Shown here piece after piece: positions 6,926 to 15,356 of a DNA stretch of 30,992 nt. The DNA lies in the IMG/VR virus record IMGVR_UViG_3300008255_000333, positions 1-30,992 of that record, one strand, 5' to 3'. The notes beneath the pieces were generated by a model. The model did no database searches. It saw nothing but the letters and a program-made list of their open reading frames with translations, and had not been told where the DNA came from. This stretch comes from a virus (lineage: Duplodnaviria; Caudoviricetes). The position numbers and the translations under genes are program-made. Each line of letters begins with the position of its first letter. The stretch's first letter is position 1.

Positions 6926-8338
6926 TTACAATTTGATAATTGATAAAAACGGAAATGTCCCCTCGCCGTTATCTTCTACTGCTCCAGCCCACGTCTGCTG
7001 CCTCATTTGAACGCAGATTGTGCTGCCAGTAGTTAAATAGAAAACCCCCGAACAGCTTGACGAAGCGCCAGAACCTCCGTCTGAGGCTCCAGCAATACAT
7101 CCCATAAGAATTTCTGGTGTCCCCGCAATGTTTTTAACTACTTTTAATATGGCCGTATTAAACCCATTTCTTTGTTTTCCTGTATTGGTTGAGATGTGAT
7201 AATAACCAGCTTTTGACGCTGTAAAAATACCAGTGCTTGTGTTGTATTCGCTTCCTGTGTCTAACACCTCGGTCGGGTAGATAACTGTTGCGTGCGCCGT
7301 AGTTAAAGAATAACTACCAGCCTTTACAAAAACTCTACTTCCTCCAATTAACGACGACGGAATTGCTCCGTTCTCGTCTAATCTTACAAGGTTGAATTCT
7401 TCGCCCGTTCCTAATGTTTCCGTTGCGTTGGCGGCGCAGTCTAGATATGGCGTCGCGCCTGCTCCTGAGATGTCTGTTCCTGTGGAGGGCGTCATTAGTT
7501 TTAGAACTTGGCTTGTTCTACCTGTAATTCCTGACGTAAAAACAAAATGGTCAGTTGAATAAGCCACTGTTGCTGATGTGCCGCTTGCTGCTCTTATTGC
7601 GCTTTGAATTGTTGAAGCTATGCTACTTAAAGACAACGCAGAAAAACTGATTTTTAACATCATGTCGCTATCTAGGTTTGTCCAAGTTGAGCCACTATTT
7701 GTTGATGTTGATTTTTTACCTCCAGCATATTCACTACTGCTTGTACCTCCGAATTCAATGTAGTTAGAAGCGTCGCCGCCTGAATTTCTAAAAACCGCGA
7801 CGTATTTACCTGCTGACAAAAAAACATTAAAACCAGTCATGGCAGTTTGCCAGCCCGTTGATCCGAATGTGCTGGCGGCAACAGAAACTGAAGCTAAAAC
7901 TGACCCTGTTGGCTTATCATTCGCGTCAGAAGCATAAATGTCGCAAATTTGATTAGCACCACCGCTTCCGTATTTTGTTCCATAAAATTGTATACTACTT
8001 AAAACCCCCCCTCCTGTTGGAACTGTCAAAGATTGACAATGATAGTTAGCTCCATAAACTCCCGTAGCTGTAGCGTATCCAGTACCAGTTGTTATTAAAG
8101 ACGGAACTGACAACGGAATATCGACGTTATCATAAACTGTCCCGTCAAGATTTATTTTTATTTTTCCGTCGTTCGCGCCACTTCCAAGAGCAGAAAAAAC
8201 AGCTAATAAAGAATGACCTGTTCCTCCCGTTAAATAGCCAGCCGCTTGTGGGTCTACGTTTTCTGGATCTATTGAGTTGACGTTTTCCGCTGGTAGCGGT
8301 TGGCCTGCTATAAAGCCTTTGTATTTAGTAAGTCCCAT
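6926..8338 (-). CDS. Tail fibre/receptor-binding protein with a C-terminal C1q-like domain
   Basis: G/S/T-rich beta protein and last tail gene. C1q-like motif YPTEVLD..EYNTSTGIFTA..AGYYHIS...FLSIIKL. Confidence 0.75.
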   Translation of the reverse strand: MGLTKYKGFIAGQPLPAENVNSIDPENVDPQAAGYLTGGTGHSLLAVFSALGSGANDGKIKINLDGTVYDNVDIPLSVPSLITTGTGYATATGVYGANYHCQSLTVPTGGGVLSSIQFYGTKYGSGGANQICDIYASDANDKPTGSVLASVSVAASTFGSTGWQTAMTGFNVFLSAGKYVAVFRNSGGDASNYIEFGGTSSSEYAGGKKSTSTNSGSTWTNLDSDMMLKISFSALSLSSIASTIQSAIRAASGTSATVAYSTDHFVFTSGITGRTSQVLKLMTPSTGTDISGAGATPYLDCAANATETLGTGEEFNLVRLDENGAIPSSLIGGSRVFVKAGSYSLTTAHATVIYPTEVLDTGSEYNTSTGIFTASKAGYYHISTNTGKQRNGFNTAILKVVKNIAGTPEILMGCIAGASDGGSGASSSCSGVFYLTTGSTICVQMRQQTWAGAVEDNGEGTFPFLSIIKL

Positions 8339-8342
8339 ATTT

Positions 8343-8828
8343 TTAGCTTATCGTATAAATCACGTCTATTGTTAATGACTGCTGGTCTGTCTTGACCCAG
8401 TCGACTGCGACGTGGCTGAATAAAACCCCGCTGTCGGCCGCAGCAGAGCCGTCTATAAATGTCCCGAATTCTTTATGTGTTCCTACCGCTTCGTCCACGG
8501 CAAATATAAAAGTTATGTATGCTTTATTTGTATTGTCGCCTGCTCCTTGCCCGTATGAGTTTGGAGCTTTTCTTATTGTTTCGTTTCCTAGCGTTGTATC
8601 GCTTGCGGCTGGCGCTGTTGTGTCGTCGCCTAGCGCTCCCCATTCTATCGCTCCCGTGTTTGTGGTGACGTGTGCCAGAATGGCGGCAAAAACCGAACGG
8701 CCGACCTTGGCTATTAAGTTTTTCTTTTCGTCTTTCCACGCCACTGATCCGTCGGCATTTTTACAGGTGGCTATGATGTTATAGCTAATCGGCATTACTC
8801 CTGCCTCTTGTTTGTTGATGTTGTCCAT
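8343..8828 (-). CDS. Baseplate/tail-collar-like minor tail protein
   Basis: ALGDDTTAPAASDTTLGNE..RK, KEFGTF, KTDQQSLTI. Position in the tail module. Confidence 0.7.
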   Translation of the reverse strand: MDNINKQEAGVMPISYNIIATCKNADGSVAWKDEKKNLIAKVGRSVFAAILAHVTTNTGAIEWGALGDDTTAPAASDTTLGNETIRKAPNSYGQGAGDNTNKAYITFIFAVDEAVGTHKEFGTFIDGSAAADSGVLFSHVAVDWVKTDQQSLTIDVIYTIS

Positions 8829-8833
8829 ATTTT

Positions 8834-10297
8834 TTAACTTAGTAAACTTCTATCTAAAAGAAAGGGTCTTTTTGGGTCGTCGTCGCCCTGTATCTCGTAA
8901 GGTGTAAGGACAAACTCGACGGGGAAGTCGTCCCTCACTGTTTCCCCTATGGTTATTGTTTCCGTTATTGTTTCTGGTGTTGTCCTGACTATCAATTCTT
9001 CCACTGCGAAGCCCTCGAGCATTTTGTAGAGCTTTTCTAGCACCTCGTCCGTTCTGTCCTCGCCTATTTCCGTGCGGTCTAGCAATTGCTGCAGTAATTT
9101 TATAAGGTCAAACTTTTCCTTTGTGGTTAGGGTGACGTCGTAGCGCAGGAGGGTCGGGCTCTCGGCCTGAATGCTTAATTTGTTAATGACGAAGCTGCCG
9201 CTAATTCCTAGGGTGTCGCTGTTTATTTCTATGGTCTGGCCTGTTCTTAGTCCTGCCTCGTAGGTTTGAAAGCTGCCGTCGTTTTGCTCCGCATTAAAGG
9301 CCTCTAATTCAGCGCTGGCGCGGTCTATGGCTGCTTGCTTGGTTTTTATCGTGCTATCTACTATCTTGTGCTCCTTGATACCGTATTTGCTTATTGAGCC
9401 TATTTCCTCTGCCTTGACGTAGACGGGAATGTACGGGTTGCCTGTAATGGTTAAAATCTGGCCAGTAGTCGGTTTGCTTGCCTCTGGGAACTTGAGCGCC
9501 TTTTCCGAGAAGTTGTAGAGAACGTCTACTGTGGTCGGGTCGGTTATGTTGTCTATTCCCACTGTCTGGGCTACTGTGTCTAGCTCTACCTCTATGTTTG
9601 CGTATTTATAAGCTAAGTTGAAAGTTGCGCGCTCGCCGTCGGCTGTGATGTTTTCTGTAAATGACGAGCCTTGGTATTCGCCGCCCCTGACAAATACCAC
9701 ATTCTTGATTTGGCTGGCGTCTTTTTTTATTTGAAGCGTTCCGTCGCGGAACTTGTTGTTTGTATCGCTTAAATTGAAAGGGGCTTGATATGTTCCTTTG
9801 ACTATAAAATGTACCACCTTGTCGTAGTCTACATACCAGTCGCCTAGCACGAGCTCTGCTAGTTTTCGCAGGCACTGACTCGGCTTCATAAAATTAAACT
9901 TGATAAAGTTTATTGTCTGGTCTACCTCGCAGTTAATTGTGAAGCCCGCGGGCATGTAGTATATTTTGATAAAATCTAAAATATCGGCCACTGTTTCGCC
10001 TGTGAAGTCCTCTATAACAAACTTGCCGTCCATAAGCTCCGCGTAGTCTTTACAGGTTATGTCGTGAATTGCTTGCTGGCTATCGTATTTCAGCACGATG
10101 TTCATTACTACCCCTGCGAATACTTTTTCTGTGCCGTTCATAATCACGACCTCTTGCATAACCTCTGGTGCGGTTGCTGGTGCTAATAACGAAAAACGGG
10201 CGCTATCTGCCTCTTGGGTCAAGATTTGCTCCACCTTGAAAGACCTGAGTAGCACTTTGTCGGTCTGGTCTATTCCGTTGATCGTAATTGTTAGCAT
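8834..10297 (-). CDS. Tail tip/baseplate hub-like protein
   Basis: Directly follows the tape measure gene. Motifs VFAGVV, LRKLAELV..DWYVDYDK, IKNVVFVRGG, GLRTGQTI. Confidence 0.75.
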   Translation of the reverse strand: MLTITINGIDQTDKVLLRSFKVEQILTQEADSARFSLLAPATAPEVMQEVVIMNGTEKVFAGVVMNIVLKYDSQQAIHDITCKDYAELMDGKFVIEDFTGETVADILDFIKIYYMPAGFTINCEVDQTINFIKFNFMKPSQCLRKLAELVLGDWYVDYDKVVHFIVKGTYQAPFNLSDTNNKFRDGTLQIKKDASQIKNVVFVRGGEYQGSSFTENITADGERATFNLAYKYANIEVELDTVAQTVGIDNITDPTTVDVLYNFSEKALKFPEASKPTTGQILTITGNPYIPVYVKAEEIGSISKYGIKEHKIVDSTIKTKQAAIDRASAELEAFNAEQNDGSFQTYEAGLRTGQTIEINSDTLGISGSFVINKLSIQAESPTLLRYDVTLTTKEKFDLIKLLQQLLDRTEIGEDRTDEVLEKLYKMLEGFAVEELIVRTTPETITETITIGETVRDDFPVEFVLTPYEIQGDDDPKRPFLLDRSLLS

Positions 10298-10300
10298 AAT

Positions 10301-11821
10301 TTACAATTTTCTATTTAATTTCAAAATGTCCATTAGCTTATCCGCCATATCTCTGGCCGCGTCCTCGCTTAAGTAGTAGCCGCCGTTGATGTTGATTACC
10401 GCTCCACCTCCGCCCGCTCCAATTAAAGACGGCAGCTTGCTTAATGGAATAACTGCTTCACTTTCGCCCGCCTCGCCTATCATTGCGAATGTTGGACGTG
10501 TGACTATTCCGCCCTCGGCAAAACCGAGCGCGCTTCCTATGTTGCTGACTGTGCTTTTAACTGTGCCTACTGCGCTGCTAATTCCACCGCCTACAAATGA
10601 CATGGCTTCTCTGGCGGCTTTTATAATTCTGTTGAAAGTGTCTACTACTTTTTGTCCCCATTCTATCACTGTTTTGAATTTGTCGACGATCCAGTCCCAC
10701 GCTTTGGCTAGGAACTCTAGCGTTCCGCTTAAAATGTTGACTGCTGCGGTTATGGTTGCGAATACGGCAAGCAGCACTGTTTTAACCAGTGCTATAAAAA
10801 TGTGGAGCGCTCCTACTAAAACTGCCCCGATTAACTTTGCTAGGAATTCTAGCGCTGGCATAAATGGCTGTATTGCTTCCATTAACCTTTGTAGAGCTGG
10901 TTGTAGATTTTCTTTGAAAAAAAGCACCAGCGTCGCCCACGTGTTTTTTAATGCCGTCACTAGCCCAGTGTTTAAGTCTATCTGCGTTATCATTTCGCCT
11001 ATGCCCGCTACAAGGGTGTCTTTAATTCCTGTTATGCCTCCCATTGTTTCGTACCAATCAAAAAATCTTTTAGCGGCGTCTAGCACTTTTGTTAGCAGGT
11101 CGCTTAAAATTGGCATAAGTTGGCCTGCGATTTCTAGTCCTATTGAAGAAACCACTGCTTTGGCTCTGGTGATGTTGTCGTTGAATTCTTCGGCCGCCTT
11201 GGCTGCGTCTGTTCCCATAACTTGCCCCATTCGCTCGGCTTCGTCGCCTAACTCTACGAGGTCGCCTGTTAAGAGAGGCAGCATTTCTTGTCCTGTTTTT
11301 CCTAGTAAATCAAAGGCTATGGCCGCTTGTTCTACTGGGTCTTTGGTTTTCATTATCGCGTCGTTGATCTGTAAGAAAACCTGCTCTGTGTCCATTGTCT
11401 TTAACTGGTCGGCTGACAGTCCTATTCTTTCAAAACTTTTTACCATTGTTTCGTTGCCCTCGAGCGCCGTTCCCATGTTGACGTTTAACTTTTTAAGGCC
11501 TCCTGATAATTGCTCTAGGCTTACGTCGGACAATTCTGCTGCGTATTTTAAGCGGCCTAGTCCCGTGACTGACACGCCTGTTTTAATACTCATTTTTGCT
11601 AAGGCGTCGCCTGTTTCTAAGTAAGCATTGACGCTCTTAACGGCAAAAGCCGCGGCGGCGGCTGCGGCTGTTGCGGCGGCAGCGCCTAACGCTACCAACC
11701 CTTTTTTGGCAATATCAAGACCCTTGCTCGACTTCTCTGCATTGTCCCCTACTTCTTTCAAAACCTTAGACGCTTCGTCTTGTGCTTTGACTAAAATTGA
11801 TATGAGTCTTTCGCCTGCCAT
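10301..11821 (-). CDS. Tape measure protein (short, 506 aa)
   Basis: Ala-rich helical protein after the chaperones. C-terminal FAEGGIVTRPT..IGEAGESEAVIPL motif. Confidence 0.9.
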   Translation of the reverse strand: MAGERLISILVKAQDEASKVLKEVGDNAEKSSKGLDIAKKGLVALGAAAATAAAAAAAFAVKSVNAYLETGDALAKMSIKTGVSVTGLGRLKYAAELSDVSLEQLSGGLKKLNVNMGTALEGNETMVKSFERIGLSADQLKTMDTEQVFLQINDAIMKTKDPVEQAAIAFDLLGKTGQEMLPLLTGDLVELGDEAERMGQVMGTDAAKAAEEFNDNITRAKAVVSSIGLEIAGQLMPILSDLLTKVLDAAKRFFDWYETMGGITGIKDTLVAGIGEMITQIDLNTGLVTALKNTWATLVLFFKENLQPALQRLMEAIQPFMPALEFLAKLIGAVLVGALHIFIALVKTVLLAVFATITAAVNILSGTLEFLAKAWDWIVDKFKTVIEWGQKVVDTFNRIIKAAREAMSFVGGGISSAVGTVKSTVSNIGSALGFAEGGIVTRPTFAMIGEAGESEAVIPLSKLPSLIGAGGGGAVININGGYYLSEDAARDMADKLMDILKLNRKL

Positions 11822-11827
11822 AATTTT

Positions 11828-12375
11828 TTACTTATTTTTTCTTTGTTCTGCCTCTGCTTTGATTTTTAAGAGATCCACGAGGTTGTCTATTACTCCTGCG
11901 TCCTCTTTCTTTATCTCGGACGGAAGCCACCCGAACTTTTCAGCTAATAGCGCGAATGTTATGAGCTCCGCTGTGTCGCTGCTTATTTTTCTGTGCCCTC
12001 TGTTGTAGAAACTTTCAAGCTCTCGTCTTGTTCTAAGGGCTTTTTTTTTGAGGGTGATATTTTCCCGATTTCCACGAGCAATGCGTCTATGTCGGTATCT
12101 TCTAAACTTAAGATTTCGGCTGGGTTTTCTTCGCCGCCCTCTGGGTTGACTAGACGAATTGTCATTCTTTTAACCATTGTCATTTCTACGTCTATGGCGT
12201 CTATTCCTTTGACTTTGAAGTCGCCGCTCTTTAATTGCTCGGCGGTGTTTTCGTCTATTTCCGTGTCTTTAATAACTGCCTTTGCGATTTCCTGTCTGTC
12301 CTCGTAGCTCATGTAGGTTGCGATGTGGGCTGTGAAGCCGCTAGGCAATTTTATTTCTTTTGTTGGTCTTAGCAT
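11828..12375 (-). CDS. Tail assembly chaperone, -1 frameshift product (gpGT-like)
   Basis: Slippery A AAA AAG at 12046-12040. The -1 frame reads KALRTRRELESFYNRGHRKISSDTAELITFALLAEKFGWLPSEI...KNK* and stops 6 nt before the TMP start. Confidence 0.85.
11983..12375 (-). CDS. Tail assembly chaperone (gpG-like)
   Basis: Acidic 130-aa ORF between tail tube and TMP with a slippery site near its end. Confidence 0.85.
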   Translation of the reverse strand: MLRPTKEIKLPSGFTAHIATYMSYEDRQEIAKAVIKDTEIDENTAEQLKSGDFKVKGIDAIDVEMTMVKRMTIRLVNPEGGEENPAEILSLEDTDIDALLVEIGKISPSKKKPLEQDESLKVSTTEGTEK

Positions 12376-12399
12376 AGTTTTCTATTTATTTTCTATTTT

Positions 12400-13374
12400 T
12401 TAGTAGCTAGCGGTGGTGTTGTAAACAACGACCTCTATCATTTTGCTGGCGGTCAAATCAAAGGCTGCTGTGAATTCCATTGTTTCTTTGATTAAATCTT
12501 CTAGCTTATCTTCTTCCTTGTATGGGTTGAAGTTTACTTGCGCTAAAGTGATAACAATTTTAGGGTGGCCGCTTCCGCTTCCAATGGTGACGTCTGTATT
12601 TTCAATTGTGATCTGCATTGCCTTTTTGGTATTGCCAGTGAATAAATCGCGCCATGTGCTATCGTTTTGTACGGCGGTAATGCTGCCGCTAACTTCTAAC
12701 TGGCCGTTTCTTACTGCTACTGGTTCGACGCTTCCTAGGCCGAATACTGCCTGCGCGTTCTTGGTAATTTCTAAGTCTGCGCCTTGAATGGCCACTGCGG
12801 TGGCTGCGCCTAGGCCTGCGATGTCGTCTGCTAATTTAACACTGACGTGGCGGCCTACAAAGGCGTTGTCTGTGTTGTAAAAGCTAGGGGTGAGTGTTCC
12901 GTCGGCTTCAAACTTTCCAATGAAAGAAGCGGCAAATCTTACGTAATCGTCTACTACTGCGCTAATGCTTAGCGAGTTTGATAAACTGAACGGGATCTGC
13001 TTACTGAAGTTTAAGTCTTTGAAGCTCAATGTTGCGCTTGGGTGCTCGTTGCTATTTAGAACGCTTAATGTGTGAGGATAAACTCCCGCGCTTGCTGCGC
13101 CAGTATTAACTGCTCCTAGCGAAAATAAGAAAAGCAAAGCTGCAGCCTTGTCGGTCAAATAACCCTCCATTACTGGCTCGCAGTGCTTGCTTACTATTTC
13201 ACTGCCACTGTTGCTTTCTACTCTGCCAATAGCCCCGTCTTTTCTTTTGGTGACTACTAGCGGGTTGGCATTAAACTTTGTGACAGGAACCCAGAAAGAC
13301 GGAACGACTGCTGTGCCTTTCGTCGCTTCTTTGGCTATGCCTACCTGTCTTACGCGTGCGATTTGATTGCTCAT
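12400..13374 (-). CDS. Major tail tube protein
   Basis: VGIAKEATKGT N-terminus, GQLEVSGSIT, beta-rich. Position in the tail module. Confidence 0.85.
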   Translation of the reverse strand: MSNQIARVRQVGIAKEATKGTAVVPSFWVPVTKFNANPLVVTKRKDGAIGRVESNSGSEIVSKHCEPVMEGYLTDKAAALLFLFSLGAVNTGAASAGVYPHTLSVLNSNEHPSATLSFKDLNFSKQIPFSLSNSLSISAVVDDYVRFAASFIGKFEADGTLTPSFYNTDNAFVGRHVSVKLADDIAGLGAATAVAIQGADLEITKNAQAVFGLGSVEPVAVRNGQLEVSGSITAVQNDSTWRDLFTGNTKKAMQITIENTDVTIGSGSGHPKIVITLAQVNFNPYKEEDKLEDLIKETMEFTAAFDLTASKMIEVVVYNTTASY

Positions 13375-13385
13375 AGATTTAACTT

Positions 13386-13484
13386 TTAATTGTTTTTAGC
13401 TTTTGCCTTGCGGCGTTTTTTTATTTTTTTAGGGCTTTTGTTTTGGTCTGGTCTTACGGCCTTGTTTTCAAAGTTTTTTATCAT
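13386..13484 (-). CDS. Very small basic protein (32 aa)
   Basis: MIKNFENKAVRPDQNKSPKKIKKRRKAKAKNN. ATGA overlap with the upstream stop, fills the gap. Confidence 0.4.
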   Translation of the reverse strand: MIKNFENKAVRPDQNKSPKKIKKRRKAKAKNN

Positions 13485-13894
13485 ATAATTCTGCTTAACT
13501 TTTCGGTCGTGAGAGTAATCGTTGCTGCTCTGTTTTGTGCTTCTCTACTAACCCAGCCCTTGCTTGCACTTATCGTCATTTTATCACAGGCTCCACCGAG
13601 TGTATAATCTACTTGAAAAGCCTGCACTATTTTAACCAGTAGGTTGTCTACGATTTGCTCAGCATTTTCGGGGTTTTGCGCGCTTATCTCTTGGTAAACT
13701 CTAATCGTAAAAACAATGACATCCCTGTCCGAGGTAGTGTCTAAATATGACGGGTTGTAGTCGGTTGAATAAATGGCTGCTGCTGGGTATTGGGCGAGCT
13801 CGCCTTTTTCGTACCCGTAAACAAGCGCTAGGCCGTCAATGGCTTTGAGTTTGTTTTCTATCGCTGTTTTTAATGTTGTTAGATTTTCTATCAT
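13481..13894 (-). CDS. Tail terminator/completion protein
   Basis: YPAAAI...DYTLGGAC. Sits before the tail tube gene. Confidence 0.7.
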   Translation of the reverse strand: MIENLTTLKTAIENKLKAIDGLALVYGYEKGELAQYPAAAIYSTDYNPSYLDTTSDRDVIVFTIRVYQEISAQNPENAEQIVDNLLVKIVQAFQVDYTLGGACDKMTISASKGWVSREAQNRAATITLTTEKLSRII

Positions 13895-13916
13895 AAGTTT
13901 TCTTTTATTTTTCTTG

Positions 13917-13990
13917 CACCCGCAGCAGGAGTTGAACCTGCGTTCTTCGGTTTTGGAAACCGATGCTCTTGGCCACTAAGCTATGCGGGT
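13917..13990 (-). tRNA. trnW: tRNA-Trp (CCA)
   Basis: Cloverleaf: ACCCGCA/TGCGGGT acceptor, GCTT/GAGC D-stem, TCGGT-TTCCAAA-ACCGA anticodon arm, GCAGG-TTCAACT-CCTGC T-arm, G73. The 3' CCA is not encoded. Confidence 0.92.
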
Positions 13991-14458
13991 TTACTTGCTT
14001 AGTAATTTTTCTATTAACTCACCAGCTTTCCTGAATAAATCTTGTATTGGGCTTTCTACTTTGTCGCGGGTTCTCTGCATAAATGGGTTAGCCTTTGTTC
14101 CGCGCTTCCTGATGTTCGCCCTGACTGCGTAAGGGTTTAGTCCTTTCTTGGCCGCCCACTTTGACAGTCCTGTAAAGTCCGAGCCCGTGATGTTTGTTGC
14201 CGCTCTGCCGAACTCTACATCTTTCGCGTAGTCTGCTGTCGGTTCTACTTTGACTTGTATCGGGGTGTACTCCATGTGCATTGACCGCTGCAGGTTTCCT
14301 GTGTAGTGTGGCGCTTCCTTGACTGCCTCTTTGAATATGTCTTTTCCTGCTTCCTTGGTTGTGTCCTCTAGCACCTTGCCGACTTTGTCTGGGGCTTCTG
14401 CGAACGCTTTTTGCATTTCGGCCAGCCCCTCTATTTGTATGCCGTATGCTTCTGCCAT
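13991..14458 (-). CDS. HK97 gp10-like neck/tail-completion protein
   Basis: AP..TGNLQRS, YAKDVEFG, GTKANPFM. Confidence 0.85.
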   Translation of the reverse strand: MAEAYGIQIEGLAEMQKAFAEAPDKVGKVLEDTTKEAGKDIFKEAVKEAPHYTGNLQRSMHMEYTPIQVKVEPTADYAKDVEFGRAATNITGSDFTGLSKWAAKKGLNPYAVRANIRKRGTKANPFMQRTRDKVESPIQDLFRKAGELIEKLLSK

Positions 14459-14462
14459 AAGT

Positions 14463-14774
14463 TTAGCTGTTTAATTTCTCAATAACTGCTCGTTGGAACT
14501 CTATGCTAAAGTTTCCGCTCGGTTTTTTTACTCCACGGACGATGTACCTTTCGCTGTTTATCGTTAGTCTATCTGACACTTGGAGCGCTATTGTTGGTTC
14601 GCAGATTAAGCTGCTGCTCTGGCTTATGTTTCCGTCGCTTAGCATTGCGTCCTGCGGGCTAATTGTTAGCACCATTCCGCGCAATGTTCCCAGCGCTGCG
14701 TAGCTCTCTTGTGTGCCGTAGATGTTCGGGTTTAACCGCTCGGCCGTGATTGTGTTTTTGAAAAAAATGCGCAT
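14463..14774 (-). CDS. Head closure (stopper) protein
   Basis: 103 aa containing SDRLTINSERYIV. Position after the adaptor. Confidence 0.65.
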   Translation of the reverse strand: MRIFFKNTITAERLNPNIYGTQESYAALGTLRGMVLTISPQDAMLSDGNISQSSSLICEPTIALQVSDRLTINSERYIVRGVKKPSGNFSIEFQRAVIEKLNS

Positions 14775-14779
14775 AGGTT

Positions 14780-15352
14780 TTAAATAAATGAGCGGCGGGT
14801 GTATCTGTTAATAACCGCTTGCTCCATTTCTGTTATGGCGTCTTTCCAGCTAATGCTTACGCCCTCGTAGCTTTCGTTGGCTATTCCTTGGCTCTTGCGC
14901 TGGTTGTAAACTCTCGCGACTATCATGCTTGCGGTCAATTCTAGGTCGTATGGTGTCGCGCTAAAGCCTGCGGTGTAGGTTATTCTTAGATTTCTCTTGC
15001 CTGCTATCTTCTGGTGTAGATAAATTGTGCCATTCTCTGGGTAGGTATCGTAATCGTCGGCGCTCATTTCTTTCCAGTCTGGGGAGCTGTTGCTTCCGTT
15101 CTGGTATTCCACTTTGATTTCTGGGGTGCTGTAAATGTAGCGATGTCTTAATCTTAACCACTGGCCGTTGTCCCCGTCGTGGATCTCGTTTTCGTGCTCA
15201 GTTAATTTGAACCTCTGGCCGCCTGCTTCGCCCTCTATGTACGCTGTTATGGCGTCACAGAGAGTGTCTAGCAATGTGTCGTCCGTGTTCGCCGTTATTC
15301 CTAGCAGCGCCTTGACTTTCTCTTTAGTTGTTAGGTTGTGGGTTTGTGGCAT
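14780..15352 (-). CDS. Head-tail connector (adaptor) protein
   Basis: LTTKEKVKALLGI..DDTLL, ITYTAGF..P.DL, INRY. Confidence 0.85.
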   Translation of the reverse strand: MPQTHNLTTKEKVKALLGITANTDDTLLDTLCDAITAYIEGEAGGQRFKLTEHENEIHDGDNGQWLRLRHRYIYSTPEIKVEYQNGSNSSPDWKEMSADDYDTYPENGTIYLHQKIAGKRNLRITYTAGFSATPYDLELTASMIVARVYNQRKSQGIANESYEGVSISWKDAITEMEQAVINRYTRRSFI

Positions 15353-15356
15353 ATTT

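Noticed and set aside
6926-7330. Diversity-generating retroelement target in the receptor-binding protein
   Set aside because: No reverse transcriptase and no template repeat seen.
10386-11624. 412-aa plus-strand ORF, and the other plus-strand ORFs in the track
   Set aside because: Antisense shadows of clear minus-strand genes (here the TMP), with no recognisable motifs or expression signals.
13917-13990. Suppressor tRNA or stop-codon recoding
   Set aside because: The anticodon is CCA, not UCA or CUA. Genes are intact under code 11 and TGA acts as a stop.
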